From Candidatus Latescibacterota bacterium (GTDB taxonomy: Bacteria; Latescibacterota; UBA2968; GCA-2709665), in NCBI GenBank assembly GCA_965219995.1, contig CBDCOX010000002.1, forward strand, positions 2,400,001-2,464,000: a stretch of DNA of 64,000 bases, written 5' to 3'. Numbering within the stretch: position 1 is the first letter of the stretch; the number at the start of each line of letters is the position of its first letter. The position numbers and the translations under genes are program-made. Below the pieces are notes generated by a model. The model worked only from the letters and a program-made list of their open reading frames with translations, was not told the origin of the DNA and searched no databases. This document shows, one piece after another, positions 20,400-30,116 of the stretch.

Positions 20400-22148
20400 T
20401 CACCCCACCTCCGTCCGCCCCTCAAACGGATCAACCGTTCGGTAATCCCGCTCTACCGATTCGTCCCGATCACGAAATACGGAAAGTCGCAGTGGCACGG
20501 ACGTCTTCCCGGCCAGTGAACCACGTATCCCGTCGCCCTCCACCGAGACCTCGTCGAGCCACACGCCGTCTTTCCCCTTCAGGTAATGGCCGATTTCGTC
20601 GTGGCTCGCGTAGATTTTTTCGAACCCGTCCGTCAGTTCGCGGGTCCGACCGAGAATCCGGTCCCATTCCTTCATGGTCACGGCGTCGAACTTCTGTTCG
20701 TGGGTCACGATTTCCGCGTAGAACCCGGCGCGTAGCCCATGGCGGATCTGCAGGGCTGCATTTCCCGCCGCTTTTTCGACGTCGACTCGTTCGCTCTCGC
20801 GCAGATAGGGCGTGCAACCCGTCAGGAAATCCTCCTGGTGTCGGGCCAGCATGGCTGCGAACGCGAAGAAGTCGTGGTCGTCGGGCAGGTAGTCGTAGTA
20901 ACACGTCTGCAACCGGTACGGCCAGAAACCGTCCTCCATGCACATGTCGGCCTTGTGCAGCCCCGTCTGTAACGCCGGGCAGAAAAACCGGTGGCCGCGT
21001 TCCTTCAGGAATGGCAGCGCCCTGACCCCGTATTCCCCCCAGTGGAATCGCAGCGTTTCGCCTGGCCTCGCCCCCACCCGCTTCCAGAACGCATCGGCGA
21101 AGGCGAAGTTGGACGTCAGTTCTTCGTGCGAACACTCGCCCTTTCCGAAATTGTAGATCAGCAGCCGATAGTAGTCCAGCGCGTGGCTGTTGTAGTGAAT
21201 CTCCCCGCTCTGAATACCCGCCCTGATTTTGGGAAACAGCCGCTCCGGTACGTTCGCGATAAAAAGGGAGGGCATTGGTTTGTACCCATGGCGACTCGCG
21301 ATGTCGGCGAACGCGAAATCGTGGCGTCCCTCGCAATCGTCCCACGACATCGTCACGAACGGCGGAATCATGTTCGCGGCGAACGGCTTGCGGGCGGTCC
21401 AGACGATCGACCGCCAGAACAGATCGTCCAATCCGCGGGCATGCCCGAAGAACGCGTTCCGCCACACCCTGGAATTCAGCGTGAACTGCACGGCTCGGCC
21501 CGCTCCCCATTTCGTCGCGAACGCCAGCGGAAAATTACGCGGCTCGAACGCGCTCCATGGCGCGAGGTGCCGGATGTAGATCAGCTGCTCCTTTCCCAGA
21601 ATCCCGTCTGCAAGCGGGACCACCGAGTCGCCCCATTTTTCGACGGCGATCGCCGTCACCATCCGGTCGAACGTATGAAATTCTCCGGGAGATTGCAGTT
21701 CCGTAATGTAATGTCCCGTTTCCCCTACGCGTAATGTATCCGTGGCGTACGGGTGCGGGTTGAGCCGATCGAACCCGAAGATCTCCAGAAGCGGCCCACC
21801 GTATGCCCTCAAATCGTAGTCGAAATTGACCAGGCCGGCGCCCTCGCGGACCGCGTCCGAAATCAGACCCGCCTCCGCGTCGCTGAGACTCCCGCCCAGC
21901 CCGTTTTGCGCAAGGACGATTCCCGCGCACCGGCTCATCGCTTCCGCCGTCGGCCGCTCATTTTCCAGGTCCAGCAACCGCCAGGGCATCCCGAAATGCG
22001 CCAGCGCGACCAGGACCGTCTCGTCCACGATCATCCGCTCCCAGTACGGCCCCCCGCTGTCGATCACCACCAGCAACGAACCGTTACCGGACGTGGTATG
22101 GCGCTCTCGCTGCACCCGCCCGTTGCCCAATACCATGGCTTTCTCCAT
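20400..22148 (-). CDS. Hypothetical protein: N-terminal alpha/beta domain plus deacetylase-like barrel
   Basis: Long ORF; MSWDD and NSH motifs resemble NodB-like sites; start moved to MEKAM at 22148 (uncertain). Confidence 0.6.
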   Translation of the reverse strand: MEKAMVLGNGRVQRERHTTSGNGSLLVVIDSGGPYWERMIVDETVLVALAHFGMPWRLLDLENERPTAEAMSRCAGIVLAQNGLGGSLSDAEAGLISDAVREGAGLVNFDYDLRAYGGPLLEIFGFDRLNPHPYATDTLRVGETGHYITELQSPGEFHTFDRMVTAIAVEKWGDSVVPLADGILGKEQLIYIRHLAPWSAFEPRNFPLAFATKWGAGRAVQFTLNSRVWRNAFFGHARGLDDLFWRSIVWTARKPFAANMIPPFVTMSWDDCEGRHDFAFADIASRHGYKPMPSLFIANVPERLFPKIRAGIQSGEIHYNSHALDYYRLLIYNFGKGECSHEELTSNFAFADAFWKRVGARPGETLRFHWGEYGVRALPFLKERGHRFFCPALQTGLHKADMCMEDGFWPYRLQTCYYDYLPDDHDFFAFAAMLARHQEDFLTGCTPYLRESERVDVEKAAGNAALQIRHGLRAGFYAEIVTHEQKFDAVTMKEWDRILGRTRELTDGFEKIYASHDEIGHYLKGKDGVWLDEVSVEGDGIRGSLAGKTSVPLRLSVFRDRDESVERDYRTVDPFEGRTEVG

Positions 22149-22239
22149 TGTGTCGGTGACGCGCGTGAGCTTAGATTCCACTTTGTTTATTCGTCGGATT
22201 GGCGCAGGGGGTGAACGCGTGCCGCGCACTCGCTTCGCG

Positions 22240-22713
22240 TCACGGGGCATACAGTAACTCTTTGGTCTGCTCGATTTCACTTGCGATATAGCGGTTCTTC
22301 ACGGCGCCTGAAACCACCAGGTCCACTTGCTCCCCCAATATGGATCTAAGCGCTTCCAGCAGGCCGAAATAGGCATCGACCCGGGCATAGAACAGTCCGT
22401 TGAAATAGTCGCTCTGCAGGCGAGGCCGAGCCATTGTGGCCGAAGACAAGACGCGCGACCGACGTGAATCTCAGATTCGGGGAGGGAGCGCAACGCCGTA
22501 ATTCGGTCACAAGGGCCGGACGTAGCCCGGATGGACTTTGTCAACGGGCTGTTAAGGTTCCATGGGACCGAATTCGACCAGGAGATCCACGTCGCTGCGG
22601 CCGGGCTGAAACTCATCGCGCAACGCCGATCCAAATGCGTCCAGCCGGGCAACGCCAGATCGTCTGCAAGCTGTCGATATGGCGTCCAACTTTGTTTCAA
22701 GCAACTGTATCAT
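22240..22713 (-). pseudogene. MNT (minimal nucleotidyltransferase) antitoxin interrupted by a 165-bp insertion
   Basis: Removing 22390-22554 restores a 102-aa ORF MIQLLETKLDAIS...FGSALRDEFQPGRSDVDLLVEFGPMEP|YARVDAYFGLLEALRSILGEQVDLV...LLYAP with GS and DxD motifs. Confidence 0.88.
22391..22553. mobile_element. Non-autonomous MITE-like element with 20-bp imperfect terminal inverted repeats
   Basis: AACAGTCCGTTGAAATAGTC ... GACTTTGTCAACGGGCTGTT; internal nested IRs; interrupts the MNT gene; one end recurs at 756-794. Confidence 0.85.
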
Positions 22714-22761
22714 CGATATACCTGCTACAGTCAGGTATGCGAACCCCGGAGAGCCGCCCCA

Positions 22762-23013
22762 TTACGGCACGCTGACGGGTACCAACAGATCCATTTCGGC
22801 GTTGCGCTCCGGGAGCGTCGCCAATGCGATTGGAAGCGGGTCGCCGTGTTCAATGCACGACTCCGCGATCTTGCGCGCGAGACCTTGCGCAATCTCCGCA
22901 GCCTCGGTGACGCTGCGTCCTTCCGCAACCAGACCAGGTACGTCGGGACTCGTGGCCAAAAAACCACCTTCGTCCAATGGCTCGATACGAAGCCGGATTG
23001 CTGATTCCTTCAT
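22762..23013 (-). CDS. hicB: HicB-like antitoxin
   Basis: EGGFLATSPDVPGLVAEGRSVTEA...EHGDPLP is the HicB N-terminal pattern. Confidence 0.85.
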   Translation of the reverse strand: MKESAIRLRIEPLDEGGFLATSPDVPGLVAEGRSVTEAAEIAQGLARKIAESCIEHGDPLPIALATLPERNAEMDLLVPVSVP

Positions 23014-23034
23014 CGGGTTGATCTCCCTGCTTAA

Positions 23035-23323
23035 TTAAGCTGCCTGGGGTTTGACGTAGACTTCGACTTGCATCCCCGCCTTCGCCAGCATGTTGATCAG
23101 TTTATCCACACTAAAGCGACAAATCTCGCCGTTCATTAGATTGCTGATGCGTGGTTGGGACTCGCCAAAATGCCGCAGCAGCCTGCCGTTGGGTCCAGCC
23201 GTTGACTTCGATGTACTTTCTCAGATCCAGCATCAAGTCAGCACGAACCCTTAAGTTTACCGCTTCTGCACGATCAAAACCGATGTCTTCGAATACGTTC
23301 TCGCCGCCCTGGACTACTTCCAT
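23035..23323 (-). pseudogene. XRE/HigA-type HTH antitoxin with a frameshift
   Basis: GENVFEDIGFDRAEAVNLRVRADLM...WTQRQAAAF; frame shifts at the T4 run (23167-23170) and resumes as FGESQPRISNLMNGEICRFSVDKLINMLAKAGMQVEVYVKPQAA*. Confidence 0.82.
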
Positions 23324-23410
23324 GGCGTTTATCCTTAATTTCCGATAGGCTATGTCGAATGGATTTTACAAAACGCAGGATTGAGAACTCTCTTGATTCA
23401 ACTGGGATTT

Positions 23411-23440
23411 TATCCTGCCCATCCTGTCCATCCATGTTTC
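23411..23440. repeat. Degenerate 9-mer REP-like unit (ATCCTGCCC-ATCCTGTCC-ATCCATGTT)
   Basis: Three 9-nt periodic units at the edge of the TA island. Confidence 0.5.
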
Positions 23441-23463
23441 TTCCAATTACTCAACCCAATGGA

Positions 23464-24606
23464 CTAAATTCTAATCTCCCAGAGATACCCGCTGCGGTAG
23501 GGGCTGTCGTTCTCGCCCGCGTAGATCGTCCCGTCGGGGGTGACGGCCACGTCGTGCACCTGCCAGCAGTGGGCGTCGCCGTCGGACACAGGACCCTGCA
23601 GGTCCCATGTCTCCGCATCGGGGTCGAAACGGATCACCTCGCACTTCCCGTCCCGTCCGGTCACGCCGTACGCGGCTCCGTCGGGTCCCGGCTGCAGGGT
23701 TGTCAGCCGGCTGCGCCGGTCGGGTACCGGCGTGCCGAGATACGTGCCCATCCCGGTTTCCGTGTCGATCCGGTAAATCGACCCATTCGCGCCGCTGGCG
23801 TACATGCGGCCATCGCCCAGGTTGAAGATGCCCTCCACTCTCTCGTATCCGTACGTCCCGTCCGGCTTCGGCAGACCCGCGTCGAAATACTCGATCCTGT
23901 CTGTCTCCGGGTCGAACTTGCAGAGCCTGTTGCGGTCCACCCCCGCGAAATTCTGCCAGGCCCGCGTGACGCTCCAGCCGCACCACACGCAGCCTTCGTC
24001 GTCCAGTTCCAGGTTCTCTCCCTGCGCCATCTCCATCCCGCTGCTGATCGGCCCCAGGTCGTCGGAACGGCCGTCGGCAAGATTGAACCGGAACATCCGC
24101 TCCGGCGTGAACGTCATTCCGTAGATCACGCCGCGTTCCTGGTCCAGACAGATCGACTGGATGTACATGTGCGGCATGGGAATGCCGATTTTCCGGAGTT
24201 CTCCGCTGGACGGATCGTACTTTACGATCGCGCCTCCTGGCGCTTCCCAGTACTTGTCGACATCGTGAAGGAGCGCGATTGCGCCGTAGAGACACCCGTC
24301 GTTCTCCCACCGGACGAGCGACCGGTGGAACTTGGCGTCGAACGGGTCCGCGATTGTGCCGTAACCCAGGTCCACAAACTCGCCGCTGGCCCTGTCGTAG
24401 GCGCGGAAGATGTCGGCGTCGAAGGACGTGATTCCCAGGTAAATGCGGTCGTCATCCGCATTGTGATACACGCTGTCCATGCTGATCCATCCCTCGCGCC
24501 AGGCCGCATCCGCCCTGAAATCGTTGTATTCCCAGTGGTCTTCGATCTCATTGTCCCACTGGTCGCCGTAGTCCACGTCCCGCAACTTGAGCGCCTTGAC
24601 CTCCAT
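23464..24606 (-). CDS. Beta-propeller hypothetical protein
   Basis: AGGAG RBS before ATG 24606; repeated D.R/T.IY.G and F/Y-D-P blade motifs. Confidence 0.75.
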   Translation of the reverse strand: MEVKALKLRDVDYGDQWDNEIEDHWEYNDFRADAAWREGWISMDSVYHNADDDRIYLGITSFDADIFRAYDRASGEFVDLGYGTIADPFDAKFHRSLVRWENDGCLYGAIALLHDVDKYWEAPGGAIVKYDPSSGELRKIGIPMPHMYIQSICLDQERGVIYGMTFTPERMFRFNLADGRSDDLGPISSGMEMAQGENLELDDEGCVWCGWSVTRAWQNFAGVDRNRLCKFDPETDRIEYFDAGLPKPDGTYGYERVEGIFNLGDGRMYASGANGSIYRIDTETGMGTYLGTPVPDRRSRLTTLQPGPDGAAYGVTGRDGKCEVIRFDPDAETWDLQGPVSDGDAHCWQVHDVAVTPDGTIYAGENDSPYRSGYLWEIRI

Positions 24607-24668
24607 TTGATTCTCCTTTCCTGTTCCTGGTGGCAATCCGACGGGGATTGACCCCTCGTCGGCTGCAA

Positions 24669-25913
24669 CTATACAGCGTCGCTGATCTTGTTCAACGCCT
24701 TGAAGAATTCGTCGAATACTTCAACGATGGCCGCGGCGATCTCGTGTTCTTTGCCGGCTTCCCACTGATCGGGAGTCAACCTGGCGAACGCCTTCGTACC
24801 CTCCACCTCTGACGGGGACAACAGATCCCCCTTCAGTTCGTCCAGGATCGTCACCGGATCCACAACTGTCTCGCCCGTCCTGATATTCCAGAACGTACGG
24901 AACGGCATCCGGAAGAAGCTGTTTCCGATCCGCCCCAGTTCGTTCTGAATCAACCAGGTGGTGTCGAAGTGGGCCGGCGCGTTGCCGTAAAAGTGCAGAC
25001 GCCCCTTCATCAGGCGCGAAAATTTGGCGTTATCGAAAATGACAAGCGCCGGGTCCACCGGCACTTCCTGAAGCGCCGCTCTCCAGGCGCCGATGTCCGT
25101 GCCCGCCTCGGCGGGAATCAGCGTTACCGAATCCCTCAGCCGCTCCAGTATCACGCCCAGCGCCTCCTCCAGCACATCTTCCAGTTGCGACACGCGGGGC
25201 TCCTCGTACCACATCGGGATTTCGTAATGCGCGTGCAGGATCTCCCGGATCGGTTCCCAGCACCGCAATTCAGGGAAATGCCGCTGTGCGATCTCGTACG
25301 CGTCCAGCTTTCCGCAGATATTCTGCTTTTCCAGAATGCAGACGGCCGAATGTACCGGCGGATTGAAATAGTGCATGATCCGGCTGTGCAGGGGATACTT
25401 GTTTTCGTGGACGCCCAGGTTGATCGCGGGGTCGATCGTACGGTTGTAGCGCCCGTAATACAGGCAGAATTTCTTCAGGTGAAAGTATTCGTCCTTTTCG
25501 TCCCACGGCCTCCGGGCGAGTGTGTCCAGAGCCGCGCCGAGACTCTTCGGATCCTCGGTGAGATAGTACGTCCACTGGTGGTATTCCGGATAGTAGTTCC
25601 GCTCCGACGTCAACTCGGACCAGGTCAGATTCACGCCCGGCAGGTGTTCGAAATTCCGCGCCCAGCAGGGATATTTCTCACAGAGCCCCAGGTGGGTCTC
25701 GCCCATCACCGTGGACAACCGGCACCAGTCGTCCACCGTCATGCCGTCGTTCACGATAAACCGTGTGTCGAAGTCGCTCATTCCCGGCAGCAGATCCCGG
25801 AACATCCACTTGCCCGCGATCGCTTCGATCTTGTCGCAGTGATAACGGCACGCTTCATAGTACGTCCGGATATAATCCGCGAAATCATTCTCCGGCCTGG
25901 GTGCGAATTTCAT
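24669..25913 (-). CDS. Hypothetical protein with pol-beta-type nucleotidyltransferase-like N-terminus
   Basis: AAGGAG RBS; IAGKWMFRDLLPGMSDFDTRFIV resembles the hG...D..PG.SDhD NTase motif. Confidence 0.6.
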   Translation of the reverse strand: MKFAPRPENDFADYIRTYYEACRYHCDKIEAIAGKWMFRDLLPGMSDFDTRFIVNDGMTVDDWCRLSTVMGETHLGLCEKYPCWARNFEHLPGVNLTWSELTSERNYYPEYHQWTYYLTEDPKSLGAALDTLARRPWDEKDEYFHLKKFCLYYGRYNRTIDPAINLGVHENKYPLHSRIMHYFNPPVHSAVCILEKQNICGKLDAYEIAQRHFPELRCWEPIREILHAHYEIPMWYEEPRVSQLEDVLEEALGVILERLRDSVTLIPAEAGTDIGAWRAALQEVPVDPALVIFDNAKFSRLMKGRLHFYGNAPAHFDTTWLIQNELGRIGNSFFRMPFRTFWNIRTGETVVDPVTILDELKGDLLSPSEVEGTKAFARLTPDQWEAGKEHEIAAAIVEVFDEFFKALNKISDAV

Positions 25914-25938
25914 CGCAGCTCCTTCTTAACATAAGACT

Positions 25939-27753
25939 TCAGGCCAACATTGCCAGTTCGGCTTCCTGGTTCCTGTCCAGCGAGAATACGACGGCCGAAC
26001 ATCGTCGACCTTCCACTTCCAGCGTAATGAGGGACTGCTCTCGGCCGTCCAGGAGTACGCGTGAGACCTCCCCGCCTGCCTCAGCGATCATCGTCAGGCC
26101 TTCGATCGGCTCACCGGCCGTCAGCCTGGCAACCGCCCCTTCCGGGCCGGAACTCAGCAGTTCAACCCGCAGCGCGTCCCGCGCCTGGACGAAGCGGGAC
26201 CAGTCCTGCAGGCTGCCCGTTTCGATGCCCATCGCCGCCAGCGACGCGTACACGATATTCGCCGCCTCGAACGTGCGGCGCGGATCGCCTTTGGGCCGGA
26301 CCAGATAACACGGGTGGAATGTCCCGATATGCGGCACGTGCCAGCGGTCGCGGGACTCCACGACCCATCGTACCGCTGCCTCCGCGTACTCCACCTGTCC
26401 AAGCCCCAGCGTGCCCACGCCCGGCTCGGTGATGCTCTGCGAATCGTCGAACGTGCAGGGCTGGAGAAACAGGTCCAGCAGCCCCGCCTCCGGGTCGAAA
26501 TAACGCATGGGCATGGCCGAGGCCAGCGAGAACGGTCCGAAGTCGAACCGGTTCATCCTCGGATCGTGACCGCAGAAGTGAAACGGCATCCGCCATCCGT
26601 TGTCCGTAAGGATCGAGGCGGTCCGGGCGCCCGTCCACTGGCACCCGTGGATCACGATATCGGTCACCGCGAGCCGGGTTTCATCCGTGAACCGACTCGC
26701 CTGGTCCACGATCTCCTCGCGGATGCGTTCGTGTACCCCGTCGTCCAGTTCTCTCAAAGGGCGGTTGTACGTGAGCGGGAAAATATCCGCTTCGATCGAC
26801 ATGAAGTGGCCCCGCTCCTGCCACTCGCGGATCAATTTTCCCTCGTACCGGCTCACCGGCGCCCGGAAGAAATTGTGCTTGTGCCCGTATTGCTCCGCCA
26901 GTTCCATCCCCACCGGAGCGCCCTCCTCCCCGCACCCGTCCGACTTGAAAAACACCGCCACCCGCCGCGCATCGGACATGTGCCAGACGCGCGGCACGAA
27001 CCCGACGCCGTGCATGTCCAGCAGCAACTCCCGAAACAGGTCCTGGTGAATATCGGCCAGCGGGTGCTGCCTCGAATGCCGCTCCGCGATCCCGATCAGC
27101 CCGAAGATATGCCGCGGGCCCCGCAGCGGCAGCATCTGCGCCTGCTGTTCCAGCGCCCACGTGCCGTGCCTCAGCCGCAGCACCGCCCCCACGACGTCGT
27201 AGGCCAGCACACATGCCCTGCCCCGCTCAATGCGCTTTCGCACAATCGCCGGACCGCTGCGCTTGCCCAGTCCGTCGACGAGCGCGGCCATCTCCTCGCC
27301 TTCGCACGCGATACCGAGCCCTGTATCCTGCGGGCAGAACAGCGGCTCCGGTGGTACTGTTAGCCCTGCGAATGGATGGACGACCACCCGTCCGTCCACC
27401 ACCACCTCCGGATCTTCCGCCGGGGGGCCCGCGGCGGCCGCCTTATTCGGGTCGACTTTCTGGGTCGACACCACCACCCGCCGCTCCACGCCCAGCTTCG
27501 CCGCCAGTTCGCCGCCCGGCATCACCGAAAGCACCCGCCCGCCGCCGCGCAGGTAGTCGACGAGAATCCCGGTCGCTCGACGTCCGAACGCCCCCCGAAG
27601 CGTCCACACCACCGCCGCGTTTTTCAGGCGGGACGGCTCCACTTCGTTCTGTGAGAGGATATCGAAATGAAACAGACCCTCGGCCTTCAGGATCTCCGGC
27701 GCAAAATCGTGTTCAAGGTTGTCGTCGGGTTTGACGACAAGGATCGATTTCAT
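25939..27753 (-). CDS. Hypothetical protein: alpha/beta domain plus deacetylase-like barrel
   Basis: Long ORF within the operon; KSDG, IHGCQW, TFHP; architecture resembles 20400-22148. Confidence 0.6.
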   Translation of the reverse strand: MKSILVVKPDDNLEHDFAPEILKAEGLFHFDILSQNEVEPSRLKNAAVVWTLRGAFGRRATGILVDYLRGGGRVLSVMPGGELAAKLGVERRVVVSTQKVDPNKAAAAGPPAEDPEVVVDGRVVVHPFAGLTVPPEPLFCPQDTGLGIACEGEEMAALVDGLGKRSGPAIVRKRIERGRACVLAYDVVGAVLRLRHGTWALEQQAQMLPLRGPRHIFGLIGIAERHSRQHPLADIHQDLFRELLLDMHGVGFVPRVWHMSDARRVAVFFKSDGCGEEGAPVGMELAEQYGHKHNFFRAPVSRYEGKLIREWQERGHFMSIEADIFPLTYNRPLRELDDGVHERIREEIVDQASRFTDETRLAVTDIVIHGCQWTGARTASILTDNGWRMPFHFCGHDPRMNRFDFGPFSLASAMPMRYFDPEAGLLDLFLQPCTFDDSQSITEPGVGTLGLGQVEYAEAAVRWVVESRDRWHVPHIGTFHPCYLVRPKGDPRRTFEAANIVYASLAAMGIETGSLQDWSRFVQARDALRVELLSSGPEGAVARLTAGEPIEGLTMIAEAGGEVSRVLLDGREQSLITLEVEGRRCSAVVFSLDRNQEAELAMLA

Positions 27754-27796
27754 GGAAACATCCACCCATGCGTACCCGCAGAAAAACACTGCGTTT

Positions 27797-28792
27797 TCAT
27801 CCCGGCTCGACTTCCCGATGCTCCGTCGCGGAGCGGTAGATCGCGTCCAGCAGCGCATTGGTCTTCGCGGCTTCGCCAAGCGGGCAGACCGGCTGGCGGC
27901 CTTCGCGCACCGCGTCCACGAAATCCTGGACGACCGGCCCGTGTACATTTTCGGCGGGCGTGAGATCCAGCGTATCGACCTGCCGGCCCACCGTTTTCAC
28001 CACCTCGCCGGAATCGTAAGGATGCCAGTAAACCTTGGCCTCGGTCCCCACGATCTCGAATTCGTGCCGCCAGGTTTTCGAGCTCCAGCTGAACGACGCC
28101 GTAACCAATGCTCCGTTCTCAAGTTTCATGACGATGCTCGCACAGTCCTCCACGTCCCACTCCTGCACCAGGTTTTCGCACCTGGCGTAAACGGAAACCG
28201 GCATCCCCAGGAGCCCGATCATCACGTCGAACATGTGCGTGCCCATATCGCTGATGGGGCCGCCGCCGGACCTCTCCCGGAAGACGCGCCAGCGTTTCGG
28301 ATCGTCCGCCGCGGGGCTGAACCAGGAAAAGTAGACGATGCGCAGGAGAACGATCTGCCCGAATTCACCGTTCCGAATCATCTCCCGCGCTTGAAGATAT
28401 GCCGGGAAGAGGCGCCGGAAATAGGAGCATCCGGCCAACTTCGTGCTTTTCCCGGCCGCGGCAATGGCTCGCGAACACTCCTCGCCGGTGACGCCCAGGG
28501 GCTTTTCCACGAGCACGTGCTTGTCGGCTTCCAGGGCCTGAACCGCGTGTGGTACGTGCAGCCATACGGGCGTTGCGACGTAGACCGCATCCGCCGACGT
28601 TTTCTCCAAAGCTTCATCGAGATCCGCGTACACCTCGGACAGGTCGTATTCGGACGCCAGCGCCCCGGCATTTTCCTGGACCATATCGCAGACCGCCACC
28701 AACTCCGACCCGGCGGCGCCCGCCAGGGCCGCGGCCACCCGCTTCCGGGCGATGTCCCCGGCGCCGACCAGGAGCCATTTCACGCTATCCAT
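27797..28792 (-). CDS. Gfo/Idh/MocA NAD-dependent oxidoreductase (EKP type)
   Basis: GAGDIA, VATPVWLH, KHVLVEKP, GGGPISDMGTHMFD. Confidence 0.93.
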   Translation of the reverse strand: MDSVKWLLVGAGDIARKRVAAALAGAAGSELVAVCDMVQENAGALASEYDLSEVYADLDEALEKTSADAVYVATPVWLHVPHAVQALEADKHVLVEKPLGVTGEECSRAIAAAGKSTKLAGCSYFRRLFPAYLQAREMIRNGEFGQIVLLRIVYFSWFSPAADDPKRWRVFRERSGGGPISDMGTHMFDVMIGLLGMPVSVYARCENLVQEWDVEDCASIVMKLENGALVTASFSWSSKTWRHEFEIVGTEAKVYWHPYDSGEVVKTVGRQVDTLDLTPAENVHGPVVQDFVDAVREGRQPVCPLGEAAKTNALLDAIYRSATEHREVEPG

Positions 28793-28828
28793 TTTACCTC
28801 CCACGCATCCTCGTGTCCAGGGGACACG

Positions 28829-29980
28829 CTAGCCAAGTTCCGAAATCGTCTGCCTGATCGCCCACGCAATATAGACCAGGTCTTCGTCGGTCGTCCCGGG
28901 AAACACCGGGGTACTCACAACCTCATCGCAGACCCGGGCCGCGATCGGACATCCCTCACCGTCATACCCCAGTTCCTGAAGAGCATCCCAGGACCAGAGC
29001 GGCGGGTAGTGTTTCGCCGTGGCCACCCGGTACCGATCCTTCAGGTGAGCGACGAACGCTTCGGTCGTGAAGCCCACGGTACCGGTGTCCAGCCGGATGA
29101 CATGAAGATGGCTCCCGTGATCGGCGCCGTGTCCGGCCGGAAGAATGACCTCCTCCACGTCGGCCAGCAGCGCATTGAGCCGGAGCATCCGTTCCCGCCG
29201 GTCCTGAATCACGCGGTCTATTTTGGCCAGCTGTGTAAGTCCGACCGCATATTGGGGCTTGGTCATCCGGTAGTTGAACCCGACCCTCACCACCCGCGTG
29301 CCGCTTCCCCCGTAGACGTATCCGAATGTCTTCAGTTGCCGGACCTGCTCCGCGAAGTCCTCGTCGTCCGTCGTCACCGCGCCGCCCTCGCCGAGGCACG
29401 TCATGTTCTTGTTGCTCTGAAAACTGTAGCACGAGGCCTTTCCCCGGCCGCCGACCGGGTTGCCCCGGTACCGGGTGCCCACCGCGTGCGCCGCATCGTA
29501 GATGACCGGCACGCCGGTCTCCTCCGAAATCCGGTCGAATGCATCCAGGTCGCACGCCAGACCGGCGAAGTGCACGGGAATGATCGCACGGGTGCGCGGC
29601 GACAGTCTCTCTCTTACCCTGTCCGGATCCAGATTCAGGCTCACCGGATCGATATCGGCAAGAACCACCCTGGCGCCCCTGGCGACCGCAGTCCCCGCCG
29701 TGCAGACGAAGGTGAGCGGGGTCGTGATCACCTCGTCTCCCGCACCGATGTCCAGCGCCATCATGCAACAGTCCAGGCCCGTACCGCAGGAATTGACCGC
29801 AATCGCCTTCCGGGCGCCCTCGTGCGCGGCGAACGCATTCTGAAAGTCGTTCTCTTCCGGAAGGGGGAAGAACGTCCCCTGCTCGTCCGCGACGTCCGTC
29901 AGCATCCGGTTGACCGCCTCGACGTCGTCCTGCTCGTAAACCCCGCCCATCGACCCGAACGGCACCTCTCGAATTTCCAT
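28829..29980 (-). CDS. DegT/DnrJ/EryC1/StrS PLP-dependent sugar aminotransferase
   Basis: VNSCGTGL, GDEVITTPLTF, PVHFAG, DAAHA, SFQSNKNMTCLGEGG (catalytic Lys), GFNYRM. Confidence 0.95.
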   Translation of the reverse strand: MEIREVPFGSMGGVYEQDDVEAVNRMLTDVADEQGTFFPLPEENDFQNAFAAHEGARKAIAVNSCGTGLDCCMMALDIGAGDEVITTPLTFVCTAGTAVARGARVVLADIDPVSLNLDPDRVRERLSPRTRAIIPVHFAGLACDLDAFDRISEETGVPVIYDAAHAVGTRYRGNPVGGRGKASCYSFQSNKNMTCLGEGGAVTTDDEDFAEQVRQLKTFGYVYGGSGTRVVRVGFNYRMTKPQYAVGLTQLAKIDRVIQDRRERMLRLNALLADVEEVILPAGHGADHGSHLHVIRLDTGTVGFTTEAFVAHLKDRYRVATAKHYPPLWSWDALQELGYDGEGCPIAARVCDEVVSTPVFPGTTDEDLVYIAWAIRQTISELG

Positions 29981-30116
29981 AAAATCCGGCGCGCGACACC
30001 CCCTGGTCAAGAAGGAGATGGTCGCGCCTTGCCTCCTCTCCGAAACGTCAGATTCGCACGGGTTTCCCCGTACCTCTGCAGCCTTTTTGCAGGCTCTTCA
30101 AGTTAACCTCAATTCG

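Noticed and set aside
22149-22280. N-terminal extension of ORF 20400-22280 and ORF 22299-22700
   Set aside because: They run through the MNT pseudogene, MITE and toxin stub in non-native frames
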